Shown here one piece after another: positions 25,041 to 38,360 of a stretch of 64,000 bases of DNA. Source of the stretch: Octopus sinensis. Taxonomy: Eukaryota. The position numbers and the translations under genes are program-made. A model generated the notes under the pieces. The model searched no databases. It was not told the origin of the DNA and saw only the letters and a list, made by a program, of their open reading frames with translations. The first letter of the stretch is position 1; each line of letters opens with the position of its first letter. The DNA lies in the NCBI RefSeq assembly GCF_006345805.1, contig NC_043012.1, positions 14,074,001 to 14,138,000 of the forward strand. The letters are read 5' to 3'.

Positions 25041-26030
25041 AATTTATTGTGATTTAGTAATGGTGGTAGGAATACAAATCCATCTGAGATAAATACAACC
25101 AAGCGGCGTATACTTGTGTTATATTCTAAATATAGACATTAATTTACTATGTTTTTGTATCTTGTGTCTGTAGTCCGTTCAATTCCGGTTCGTTACATTA
25201 AAACTATGGTTTTCGTTGTGTTTGTCTCACCTACAATGTCTGACGCTTCAATTCTGAAATTCAAATTCAGTTTGTTCGTCTTTATTCATTTGTTTTGTTA
25301 TTTATATTTTTAACTTATTTTGTTTTTGATTTTTTCTTTGCAGATATTTTTTAAGATTTCTCTCGTAATTATTTGACTTCAGAATATTTTTCTTTATTAA
25401 CATATAATCTTTTATTACATCTTATTTCTTCACCGGTCATTTACACAACATTCTACTTCAATTTTAAAATAAATATCCCTAATAATTTCCTGCGTATAAA
25501 TATCCCTAATAATTTCCTGCGTATTTTCTACACCATATCAAATTCATGGTCATTCATTTCGGATAAGTATAACGGAAGATTTATGATGAAGCACCGACTT
25601 GAAGGCTTTAGTGGAACAAATCTACCCCAGGACTTGTCTTATAAGCTTAGTACTTATTCTATCACTGCTACAATCATGCAAAGCATTTCGCCTGCATTTC
25701 TAACAATTTCACAAATCGACCACTCACGATAGCTATCCTATTTTATTAGCGGGATTTGGTCTCAGAGGGAAAAGACTAAGCTCATTGCCTAAGTTATAAT
25801 AATTCTGGAAATGCACTGCCTATACTGCACACACATGCACGCAGGCATATATATATATATATCAATGCGTGCTTGTAAATATGTGCATACATATAAACAT
25901 ACATAGATATATATGTTTCTATGCATTTAGGTATGTATAAACGTAAATGTTCGCGTGTGTGTTTTTATGAGGGTTTGTAGGTTTACGTCTGTGTGCATCT
26001 GTATGTATATATATATATACATATATATAT

Positions 26031-26074
<44 letters not shown>

Positions 26075-27291
26075 TATATATATATGAAGAGAAATACATA
26101 GATAATTGATATATATATATATATATCATTTGATAGACAGGTGTGCGTATAAGTGTATGCTTGTGCCGGTGGGAGGTTGATAATTGTATAAATAAAGACA
26201 TTGTTATTCTGCGATTCATGAGCAATTAAGCAAGACAGTAATTATTAAAATGAAATAGAGTAGAATAAGATATATTTAAAGCAGCGTGAGAATTCTTGCT
26301 CAAGTTTAACAGTTCCGCTTCATGAAACCACTAACAATTTATATCAGTTGGATTATATTTGTAGCAGATAATCTATATCGGATGGATGGACTGGAAGAGA
26401 GCCACGCTAATCCGTATTGACAATGGTCATGATTTATAATTAACATGATAATGAGAACTGTAAATTCCATTTTGGTGAACGCAAAGGTTATTCTAAAATG
26501 AAATGTGCGTCAAGAATTAAGAGAGATATCCAATGAATTATGTACAACCATTTCTTGGGTCCAGATATGCTAATGTGAGAAAGGGATTTGTAGGAGCAAA
26601 CTGTTCTGGGGAATAATTAAAATGATAATTAGTAGTATTCCAAACAAATGCAAGACAATATAATAACGCTGGAGAAATTTTAGATGAAGCAATGAAAGAA
26701 GAAAACAGAATAATTAGAGACTATATTCTGAGGAAGGTCGCAAGATTTGAATGTATTCTGTTAGGTTAGATTTCGTTGGGATGGCAGCCAAGGGAATTAG
26801 ATACTTAGAAAACAACATGGCTTGTGTAAAATTTGATAATTACTGAGGTGAAAGTGATACAGGTATGAGAGTGACACAGGTATGAATGTGATACTGTCAC
26901 GTGCATTTACACAAACATATATATGAACAAACACGCGAAAGTATATGAATTCATTGGTGATAATAGGGACAAATATTATCCGTATAATCAAATTCAGAAC
27001 ACTCACTCGCACGCAAACGCGCGCGTGCACATACATGCATATATTTCAAGGAAGAATGTTATGGATCGTGACTTCGAATTTTCCACCAGTTATGCCATCA
27101 TCGGAATGTCTGTTACATTTAGCACGCCGCAAATGTAGATTAATGTAAAATTTTGTATATTATAATTGAACATAACAACAAAAAATTAACACAAAGAGTA
27201 TATAAAAACGTCGATACGTATGCACGTCCATATGCACATACAATGAGTTGTACGTCTTTAACACTATCCTGCATGCAGGGATCGGAAATGC

Positions 27292-27325
<34 letters not shown>

Positions 27326-28369
27326 ATGCACACACGCGCACACATACATACTCACACACACACACACACACGCACAGACACACACACACATATATATATA
27401 TATCTCAAATTGATGTATTACAATACTATTCCACAGCCATGCCTCAATCCAACACATCTCCATCATCAGTTGCCCCACGGATATCATTATATGTACCAAT
27501 CAATCCAGCGGTGTCGAAAGCACTAAAATAAGTGTTGTTTGAGAACAAACAAACAAACAAACCAAGGAAACAACAACTTTCAAACACATTTACCCAATGT
27601 ACAGCCGGATCGATAAATAAATTCCATAAGTAAATTACCAACCTTCCAAAATATTTAACTAAACAATGACAAATTTATTAAGTCATGAAAAATTATAATC
27701 CTTACCGTCTTCGAGCAGTGTAATATAAAAGTAAAGCTTAATAACCTCATTATTTCAGTCAAGCAATATATAGGCAGGATTAACCACTAACCTTACTAAA
27801 ACTACAAGAGATATTGAAACCAATGAACACTGTATCGGTATTAATAATAAACTTCAATAATTAAATTATTTTCTAAATTGAAAAGTTCATATAAATAATC
27901 CCTCGGGTCTTCTATGATGAAAGTTCAGACCGTATAATTTTTTTCAAAAATAAAACACGTCTGAAATTAATTTAACTTATATTTTTATGAGTGAAATACA
28001 TTATTTCATCATTCAAAAGTTAATAAAAAAAACACTATATACTCAGTACTATATCACCACTACAAGTTATATATATATTAAGTTACCGGTGACTAATACA
28101 TACTTAAATTTTATTAAATAGGAACTAATAAAAGTACTTGTAATAAACTAATATTATGAATCTTGTTATGACTACAGCAAATTAAACTACTTAAAAGACA
28201 ATAAAACTGTTTAAAAAAACAAAAAACTACAAGTATTAATACATACATATTTAATCAGACACGCGGCCCACTCACCAAAAATTTAAAGAGCAACTATATA
28301 GATATATATATATATATAGATAGATAGATATAGATATAGATATATATACGGGTGTGTGTAATTGTGTTT

Positions 28370-29570
28370 AGAAGAATATATTAATAAAAGGAATTCCAAC
28401 CTTGTCTGATTTTCACGTTTTATTTACAATCTTATAATGATATATTATAAGATAATATAATATAATAGAATAAAATAAAATAGTAGAATGTTAAATGTTC
28501 ATTCTGATTGAACTAGTACTTTCATGCATTAAATTCTGCAATCTTCAGGTTCATGTAGTAGTGGTGACAGTCATGCTTCACAATTTTTGACTGTAGCGAG
28601 ATGGTTAAATCTGTGCCTTAAATACACCTGTGTGGGCTCCGGTTTGCTTGGTTTTGCAAACTGTATTCTGACCAATCAGTGTGTAGCATCACTCAATTAC
28701 TTAAGCTGATTGGTTGGTTTAGGCGTCACGCTTTGTTGAACATGTCAAGAGAACTGTATCTTAACCCTGGCCAAGGCAGCAATTGTTGGGCTATTTTTAG
28801 AAATGTTGTAAATAGACTTTGTCAGGGATTTTTATATTTCAATTGTCATCATCATCATTGTCAACACCTTAATTATTGTTGCTAGTGGTGATGGTGGTGG
28901 CAATAGAACTTTTAACCCTAAATAAGATAATTTTCCTGTTATCTTCATCTTGATCACCTTTAGTATTGTTGTTGTTGTTTGTGGTCATGGTCGTAGCAGT
29001 AGAAGTAGTACCTCTAAGTATTATTATTATTGCTTATTTATCTTGGGTTCGAATTTATCAATAAAATTCTTTTCTCTGATTTTCCTCTCGATTTCACTTG
29101 GGCTGTGTAATTTGTAGAATGGAAATATTATATATATTTTCCGACCACATGTTGCTAGGTGGTTACTCAAAGGTATCTTATATAACCTGTTGTCGGTGTA
29201 CACGTGAGCATTCTGATAGTGCATTTCCCGTCTGACCTACATATATTTTTTCACAATTTGGGCATTTGATGCAGTAAATTAAATTTCTGCTTTTGCAGTT
29301 CATATTCGCGTTTGTGAATATTTTCCCGGTTTTTGTGTTTATATATTGGCCGGTATGTATGAATTGGCATGTGCCACATCGGCTATCATTGCATTTAGAT
29401 ACAGTGAATGTTTGGTCTTTGTTGCTAAGGTCAAATTTTGCCTTTGTTAGTAATTTTTTCAAGTTTTTAGGCTGTCTTTTACTAAGAACTATAGCTCGAT
29501 CCGTGATTATATCTTTTAATTCATTACTTTGAGCAATGATTGGTAGGTTTGCTTTGGCAATGTTGAAGAT
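28370..29570 (-). mobile_element. Penelope-like element 3' part (GIY-YIG endonuclease + pLTR region)
   Basis: RQPKNLKKLLTKA, C.DSRCGTC, MNCKSRNLIYCIKCPNCEKIYVGQTG, then after a frameshift LSNHLATC...RKIREKNFIDKFEPKIN. Confidence 0.9.
28509..28553 (-). ncRNA. Minimal type-I hammerhead ribozyme
   Basis: ugaac-CUGAAGA-u-ugca(gaauuuaa)ugca-u-GAAA-guac-UA-guuca: 5-bp stem I, 4-bp stem II, palindromic stem III (AGUACU), CUA cleavage triplet. Confidence 0.8.
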
Positions 29571-29611
<41 letters not shown>

Positions 29612-29614
<3 letters not shown>

Positions 29615-29857
29615 GAGGCGCAATGACCCAGTGGTTAAGGCAGCGAACTCGCGGGCGTTGTGTGTGTTTATTGAGCGAAAACACCTAAAAGCTTCACGAA
29701 GCTCCCTGCTGTACTCTTTCGCCACAACTTTCTTCTGTTGGCCTGCTCGCTTCGCCAGCGGGGTGGCATCATTCGAAGGCTAAAAACAATGCGAACGCAT
29801 TGTGACCAGCGATGTGTAGCAACATCTGATGATCTGGTCGGTCTCATGATCACGTGA
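29612..29857 (+). mobile_element. SINE family A, tail type 1, internally deleted
   Basis: tggaggcgcaatgacccagtggttaaggcagcgaactcgc head; matches 51008-51279. Confidence 0.9.
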
Positions 29858-29955
29858 TATATATATGTGTGTGTGTGTATACAATGTATATACATATATA
29901 TTGTATGTATATAATGTATATACATATACACACACACACACATATATATATATAC

Positions 29956-30020
<65 letters not shown>

Positions 30021-30021
30021 A

Positions 30022-30063
<42 letters not shown>

Positions 30064-30065
<2 letters not shown>

Positions 30066-30225
30066 GACGGGCCGCTTTAAGTTTCCAGCTAACAAATGCA
30101 TTCACCAGTCTTTGGTTGGCCTGAGATGAAGAAGAAAGTAGTTGCCCAAGGTACGACGCATTGGGACTGAATCCGGAACTGTTGTTTGGGCAGCAAATGC
30201 GCTACTACACAGCTACGCCTGCGCA
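30064..30225 (-). mobile_element. SINE family B, diverged 5' half
   Basis: Similar to 5825-5990. Confidence 0.7.
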
Positions 30226-30917
30226 CACCTAATCACTTGCACGCAAGTTATTCTCTTTAAATTTCTTCACTTCATTTATCTTCTATTTTAATATATTGAA
30301 TTCGTAGGACATAACTGGCATACACTTTTCTAATATCCTGCTTTGTTCATCTGGGTTCTATCTTACCATTTTGTACGGAGGATTCTGCTCCGGTTCATTT
30401 ACTACAATGTACGGATCTAAAATTAGTTCTCTCAGTCTCAGTATGTTTGACATTTCCCGAAATAGCTTTTATATATTTGTCTACTCACATACACTTATAC
30501 ATCTTGACTGTATACCTAATCGATTTTTAAGAACTTCTTCAATTACGTATCACTACAGAGCAGTTCGTTTTTAATTTGTTCGAAGCAATTATATCTATTC
30601 AACTTTCAACTGATTTATTAATAAGGTCACAGCAAGACAAAAAGAACTCTCAAAGATAACTTTTCGTATGGGCACAGCGATGGTATTAATCGTGCCTTCT
30701 GGCGTTGTTCTGATATAGTTGTGTTTTTCATTTTGTCCTGGCATAAGGGATGCACTGTATTAATACCGGAATTGCTATGTTCAATTTTGTGGTATTTTAG
30801 AAATCAATCCATGACAAGCTAACTTTTGTTTTCTTCTTCTTTTATTCTATAAGAGCATCCGGTTAATTGTCGTTATTGTTATTGTTATTATTATTTTTAT
30901 TATTATTATTATTATTA

Positions 30918-30949
<32 letters not shown>

Positions 30950-30954
<5 letters not shown>

Positions 30955-31322
30955 TAATTTTATTTTTGTAACGCGCTTTCAATTCACTACCGAGCGCAGC
31001 TCTGTGTGCCTTAGGTATGTGCTTTAGTTTGCTGTGATGCTCTTATGGTTACTCTAGTGAAAGTGTTTTGTGTAGGATGTGTGCAGTGTCCAGTAGTGCA
31101 ATTTTCCATATGTTATATATATTTGTAAGTCGTGGTGTTTTTTTATGTGTTTGTCTGAATATTTTTTTATCATAGCTAATGCACCTACTATGATAGGAAT
31201 TGCATCTGTTTTTAGATTCCACATTCGAGTTATCTCTACTTCCAGGTCTTTGTATTTTGAAAGTTTCTCCATTTCTTTCAGAGAAATGTTGTCATCTGCT
31301 GGTATTGATACATCAATCAGAA
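30950..31322 (-). mobile_element. R4/Dong-like non-LTR retrotransposon 3' end (restriction-like endonuclease)
   Basis: LIDVSIPADDNISLKEMEKLSKYKDLEVEITRMWNLKTDAIPIIVGAL; ~100-bp 3'UTR; (TAA)n on both sides. Confidence 0.85.
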
Positions 31323-31327
31323 ATATG

Positions 31328-31374
<47 letters not shown>

Positions 31375-31457
31375 ATTGTTCTTATTATTATTGTGGTTAC
31401 TATTGTTTTTTGTTGCTGTAGTTGGTGTTGATGTTGTTGTTGCTTATGGTGATGAAT

Positions 31458-31494
<37 letters not shown>

Positions 31495-31495
<1 letters not shown>

Positions 31496-31697
31496 GGAAG
31501 CCTTAGCTCGCTGGGCAAAATGCTTTGTGGCATTTCGTCTGCCTTCACTCTCTAAGTTCAAATTCCACCAAGGCTGTTTTTTGCCTTTCATCCTTTCGGG
31601 GTTGAAAAATTAAGTACCAGTGAAACACTGGAGTCGATGTAATCCACTATACCCCTCCCCAAAAAATCTCAGGTCGTGTACATATAGCAGAGAGGAT
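31495..31697 (+). mobile_element. SINE family C (a second fragment lies at 31851-31985)
   Basis: gttcaaattccaccaagg...tgcctttcatcctttcgggg...aagtaccagt. Confidence 0.8.
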
Positions 31698-31720
31698 TCT
31701 TCTTCTTCTTCTTCTTCTTC

Positions 31721-31787
<67 letters not shown>

Positions 31788-32230
31788 TATTATTGGAGTT
31801 GATGTTGTCGTTGTTTATGGTGATGATTTTTGTTCTTCTTATTGTTAGTGTTCCGCCAAGGCTGACTTTGCCTTTTTATCTTTTCGGGGTCAATAAATCA
31901 AGTACCAACACAACCCTGGGATCTATGTAATCGACTAGTTTCCTCCCACCAAATTTCTGGCCAGGTGTCTTCAGTAGGATGGATTATTTTTATCATTCAT
32001 TATTCTTATTGTTGATAGCTGGAGGTGTGTTTTTGGAGCGCTGTAAATTTTTGACTAATTGTTTAAAAGATTCTATCTTTTGTTGTTTAAATCGTTTTGG
32101 AAACTAGCTACCTTTCGCAGGGTGGGCTGATGTTTGTTAACCAAAGCACCATTTTGAAGGTGATACAAACCTTTTTTTTTTTTCAAATTTCTTCGAAAAT
32201 TTGCTTCGAAGATGGCGTCGAAAAGTGGGA

Positions 32231-32284
<54 letters not shown>

Positions 32285-33173
32285 AAGTTAAAGATAGGAT
32301 AAACTCTTCATAAGAATTTATCAAGTAGTTAGCGTGAAAAACTTTATGAGTCCCTCCTAGCGTGAGGCATCTAAGTGTAATAGTGCCCTCTATATAATAT
32401 ATATATTTATATATACATACATACAAAGAATATGAGGGATTTAGCTCACTTGTAATCTAAACGAATAGGTACCGTGGGTAAGTGTTATAGTTGGTCGACC
32501 ATCAAGTTCCAAGATCACAGCTAAGTGTGGATCTAGGGATCTGTGTTAAGGTTCCGTTATAGCATGTATATATTAGAAAAAATCAACACCAAGGTAGAAC
32601 GAGTCTCTCAAGTCATGTAAGACGCGTATATATACATATATGTGTGTGTGTATACATGTATATGTGCGCGCCTCATATGCAAGCTGATGTCCATATATGT
32701 ACGAATGTATATCTATGCGTGTATATGTATTTATATATATCTATGTACATGTATGTGTATACATATATGTGTGTACACTCTCTCGTTTTTTCCCTACTTC
32801 TCTATCAACATAACTATTTTAGAAACTAGCTAATTTCAACTCAATAATTTTTTTTTTCTTTCAATTTAGAAATTTTAAGTTTAGATCTCAAATTTTCATT
32901 TTCAATTTTAATTTTGAATTTGAGGTTTAATTCTTAATCCTTTATCTCATATCATTTTACGGCTGGTTAAATCTATCCTATTTTATTTTTATTCCTTTTC
33001 TCTTCCACCGTTCACACTTACTCACAAAACCCATTTAGGACATATCTGTCATTACGCATCTTTTATTTTATTACTTTTATTATTTTTATCAATATTTTTT
33101 TCATTTTTTAATTTTCATTTTATTATTTTTGTATTTTCTTATCCTTTTTCCTATCTCTCTTTTGATCTTTCTC

Positions 33174-33204
<31 letters not shown>

Positions 33205-33695
33205 ATACACCCACTAACAAAATCCATGTAATTGCTTCATACATTTTCGCTCTATAAACAAATTTATAATATGAATACATCATTCAGAACACTGCCAAAA
33301 TATTGCCTGAATTTACCTGAGATTTTAACTAAAACTCCGTACCTTCATGGAAGTACCGACCAACATCCATATCCTCATGAAAAAAAGGGTTGTGAACGTT
33401 ATTCTCTTGCCTATCTTCTTGTAACTACGTTTACTCTTTATTTCTTCTATTTTACTACTTTATTCGTCTATTTTATTCTTTATAAACTGTGGATTTTATT
33501 CCTTGTAAACTGTAAATTTTCCCCGTCTAAAATATTCATACTATGTTTCTGGTGATTAGATACCCAGTGCACAGATATGCAAACTAACTACTTGATTATC
33601 TCAGAAGCATCTGTAAGACTTCAAATTCACCTTACCCTAATTAAATTATTCTAAATCGCTTGAGATACTCGTTATCGCTTGTTTTGATTTTTCCT

Positions 33696-33762
<67 letters not shown>

Positions 33763-33766
33763 ATAT

Positions 33767-33864
33767 ATAACGACAATACGGCACAACTATTTCACCTCAA
33801 TTGGACCCGCTCTCTTCAACATTACACCAGGACACGTCAAAAAAGAAACTGACCACACAAAATT
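33767..33864 (+). repeat. 98-bp perfect inverted copy of 34079-34176
   Basis: Base-by-base reverse-complement match. Confidence 0.95.
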
Positions 33865-33877
33865 ATAATATATTATA

Positions 33878-36678
33878 ACTTAGAATAACTTAGAAAGGTT
33901 TTTGGCCAGTATTGGCCCAGGCCATGTCTAACTTAATAGCACCACCTGGCGAAGTCTTTCAGTTCAGGATTTGGGCACCAAGGCCCATTCGAGCAGAGAG
34001 TTATTGTTTGCGGAGACATATCCGGGTGTGGGTGGTTTGTCCGGTACTGTTTGAAGGAATTTGTCCAAAGACTTCTTGAATTTTGTGTGGTCAGTTTCTT
34101 TTTTGACGTGTCCTGGTGTAATGTTGAAGAGAGCGGGTCCAATTGAGGTGAAATAGTTGTGCCGTATTGTCGTTATGTGATGCGATTTAGATTTTTGTTG
34201 TGGACGGATGGCACGTGGTCCAAGCCTTGGATGCATTTTGAAGGTGATGCCAACATCATTCGGACAGTGCTGATGGAATATTTTCCACATCATACAGATA
34301 ATGTAGCGTTCACGGCGTCGTTGGAGTGAATACAATTCAGCTTCTCTAGTCTACCCCAGTAGTCAAGGTCTGACATGCCATCTATCTTTTTGTGATTGAC
34401 CTTTGGGGAGCTTCAATTCTCATAATATTTTGTTTTGTGTAGGGAGACCACAGTGGACAGCAGTATTCAAGGTGGGATCGGGCAAAAGTGGAGAAGAGAA
34501 GGATAATAGCGTGGGAATCTCTCGACTGGAAGGTTCTGAGAATCCAGGAACACATTCTGCGGGCCATGTCAACTTTGCTGCTTATATGTGTAGCCCAGCT
34601 TATGTTGTTGTCCTGTTTACTACTCCCAGGTCTCTGATGTTGTTGGATGCCATGAGAATTTCTCCAGAAGGAAGAGAGTATGGGAGTTTCAGAGCGTCCT
34701 CCCTTCCAAAGTGGATCAGTTCGAATTTGTCTTCATTTAGCAACATGTTATTCTTTTCCGCCCATTGGACAACAGCCAGTAGGTCTGACTGAAGGTTTAT
34801 TCGGTCATCCACGCCATTGATGACCTTCTGGAGCTTGGAATCATCAGCGAAGGTTCTAATGTTGCTGTGTTTGATGGTGTCAGTAATATCATTTATGTAG
34901 ATGATGAAGAGAAGTGGGCCCAACACAGTGCCTTGTGGGACACCACTGCTGACTTTGGCTGGGCTGGATTTTACCCCTTCGACTACAACATGTTGGGTTC
35001 TGTTAGAGAGGAAGCACTTGATCCATTGCAGCAGCTTTCCAGTGACACCAATATTGGACAGCTTTCTCAGAAGGATCTTATGATCAACCCTGTCAAAGGC
35101 CTTGCTGAAATCAAGGTAGATGACATCAGTGTTGGAACCCTCTCTCCAAGGCTCTCAAAATGTCATCAAAATGATGCAGTAGCTGCGTCAGGCAATCTCT
35201 CCCATTACGGAATCCATGCTGGTTGGGGTTCAGCATATTATGACTCTCAGGAAGTGAGTCATATGCGATCTCAGCACCCTCTCAAATACCTTGATGATAT
35301 GAGAGGTGAGTGAGATTGGACGGTAATTCACGGCAAGCGATTTGTTTCCTTTTTTGAAAACTGGGACAACAGACTGGGATAGAAGGTCTTCTGGTATATA
35401 TCCAGCATCCAATGAGTTCCGCCACAGATTGGCTAGAGGGGTGCAAGTTGGTTTTGACACATCTTCAAGACACAAGCAGGGAACCTATCGGGACCTACTG
35501 CTGAATTATGCTTCATTTCCTTTATTGCTGCTAAGACATCAGAGCGCCAAATGTTATGTCCGATAAGTGTATTGGGGAGTAACATCACTTGATACAGCCC
35601 AGATCAGTCATCAGGATTGCTGAAAACAGAGCAATATTGTTTCTGCAATATTTCTCCCATTTTTGGCATTGTCTTGAAGAGTACCATTTTCATCAATCAG
35701 AGGGCCAACAGTAGAACCAGTGACTCTGTGTTTTTTTTGCAAATGAAAAGAACACTTTGGGATTGAGTTTGATCTTCTCAATGGCCCAGGCCTCTTCAGC
35801 TCTTCGCTGACTATTGATGATAGACATCATGTTGGTTTTGGAGTTTATGTTTTTAATCTCTAGCGACGAGATGGCAGTCAGGTTGGTGTGTTGCTGTTGA
35901 CAGTATTTCAGCATGTTGATCTTTTTGTTGATTCTTTTAATTTTCCTTATGAGAGATTTTCTATTTCTAGAGGGATTCGACACTTAGATTTGTTTGCAGA
36001 TCTTAATGGGGTGTGTCTTGCACATATGTTCGTGATGGTGTCTACAAGTGACTGCCAGGACTTTTTGATGTTAGTGGGTGTGTATGTGTGCGTGAAGGAC
36101 CAATCGACTTGTGCAAGATCATTATTGATCGCTTCCCAGTTTGCATTGTGGAAATCCATAGTGTCAAATGGATGAGCAGGAGGGATGACATTGTTTTGCA
36201 TTTTGGCCAGTGAAATCTCAGATCACAGAGAACCATGTCATGGTCGGAGAGTAGGGTTTTCTCCACTGCAATATTGTGGATAGTATCAGTGTGATTGCTG
36301 AAAATTAAGTCTAAGACGTTTTTGTGACATCTCGTTAGTTCGAGTACCATTGGGACAAGAGAAGTCATCCATGAAGTCAAGAAGCGATTCCACTGCCTCC
36401 CTGTCAGGGTTGAGAGAGAAGAACCTGGCGGCAGACTGTTTGTAGACCAGTCAACCCCGGGAAGGTTGAAATCTCCCATCATTAAAATGTTGTCAGGTTG
36501 ACACTGCTGAATGAAACACTTTATGCTGTTGAGGCATTCCTTGAAGCATGGTAGGGGCGTTTGGGGTGGTCTGTAGAGCCCAACTACTGTTAAGTTGTTG
36601 GTTTGACTGAATACAGCGACTGCTTCGCAGTATCCATTCGAAAATATGTTCATGGCTTCTGTTGAGAATGAATCATGG
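33878..36678 (-). mobile_element. CR1/L2-group LINE ORF2 (APE + RT), 5'-truncated and frameshifted
   Basis: LYRPP, MGDFNLP, LDLIFSN, LSDHDMV; FKKGNKSLAVNYRPISLTS; GVPQGTVLGPLLFIIYIND, FADDSKL; YSLQRRRERY; short 3' terminal repeats (ctaagtta). Confidence 0.95.
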
Positions 36679-36688
36679 ACATATATAT

Positions 36689-36723
<35 letters not shown>

Positions 36724-36817
36724 GACAGACAGACAGAGACAGAGAGAGAAAGGAGGAATAAAGAGGTAGAAGAGAAGAGAGCGGAGATATATAGATGTCC
36801 ATATACATATACGTGTG

Positions 36818-36859
<42 letters not shown>

Positions 36860-37049
36860 TGTGTGTGTGTGCGCGCGTCTCTATGTATATATGTACAGAC
36901 ATATACGTATATATGTATATATATATGCAAGTATGTATGTATATATATATATATATATATGGTCAGGGTTAGGAGTAAGGGTTAGGGGAAGCTACTTTTA
37001 TGTCGAAACGTATCATAGTAACGCGACGCTATTTTTCATAAATCACAAT

Positions 37050-38360
37050 ATATGCAAAATACAATCTAAAAATTAATCATATCACATAAACGTTTTATGC
37101 CCATGACAATGCCAATGATTTATAGCTGACCTGCCAAAATATTATCCACAATCCAGGAACACAATTACAGTATTCAGTCCCATAAGAAGAATATAATATT
37201 GTGTATAACTTATAAGCACCAAGTGTATTATTTCAGAGTGTGAGAGAATTAATAATTTATTGCACTATATTATCTTCATATGAATCAGTATACATAACAG
37301 TGGCGACAAGTTGCATTGCTGATACAACGAATGAATAATTAGAACAGTTGTGATAAAGACAAGCATAATTACAGTTTTGGGCATTCCTTAAAGGCACTAT
37401 GATGCATGAAGAAACTCAAAACTTTGAAATCAATTGGTTATGATAGGTGATGCATTAAGATATAGAAATTAACGCTTGACACGAGTTTTTATCAGCTTTC
37501 TTGCTTGAAAGCCCAATACTAAAGGTGTCACATTTGGCCTTCATAATTTCAAGTGTGATAATCAATTATCGAGATAGATCCGACATATAAGATTTCTTTC
37601 GCCATTTAATTTACGCCGTGTTAAAAAAGGGCAGTTCGGTTGGAAAAACAACTTCCCCTACTGTATAGAAATTTGTCAAAATGCAATTAGCTGTTTCATT
37701 TTAACAAGCTGATGAGTGAATCACGAATTGGATGTGAGAAAACCTTTTTCTTGAAACTTCCCTTTTTGCGAATTACATAGAACTATCTACACAGCAAAGT
37801 AAGTCAACATTAGGGTTTCCCCTTGGCTGTTTTAATATTACAAGCAACATTATTCCATTACTCTCTAGTCATTTGCAATTTAAATAACATGCTTGAAACA
37901 TAATCCATTGCATCGAAATGTTCTCATTCACCACACGATAATGAATAATTTATATATTTATTTTGTCCTTCTTTATGGTTTTATTTTTCGTTTCACATTG
38001 CAATGTTTTGTGCGTTATTTCAATTCCACGTAGCTACTGTTGCGAAGAATCGGCTGGTGTATTTATTTTACTGTTAATTTAATCTAGTGCAACTCTATAA
38101 AAAGCTTCAATTTCCTAGTATAAAAGTTACAAAAAATAATAATACTTGTGAAATCTTGTTGAACCATTCTTTTATTTGATAAGATGGTTGCATTACATCA
38201 AATACTCTAATATGACAAAATGTGTAAAAGTCCAAAGGAAATTCAAAGTATTGGTATCGGGCGAAGCGGGAAATAGATTGCGCAACTTCTTGGCAAGAGT
38301 AATCAGTAGGTCGCCAATCATTTTCAGTTAAAGATTGAATTTTTCACACTTAAACAAAGT
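37050..38360 (-). mobile_element. Possible ancient Helitron PIF1-helicase remnant
   Basis: Faint motif echoes in order (ATVAT, KLFIIVW, VIRK, FLYTVGE, GMPK, GQL); degenerate TTAGGG units at 36962-36987. Confidence 0.35.

Noticed and set aside
25471-25524. Exact 27-bp tandem duplication (also the short duplication at 50918-50972)
   Set aside because: Simple slippage events with no sign of function
37709-37730. CTGATGA-gtgaatcac-GAAT
   Set aside because: No stem I or stem III pairing; probably a chance match
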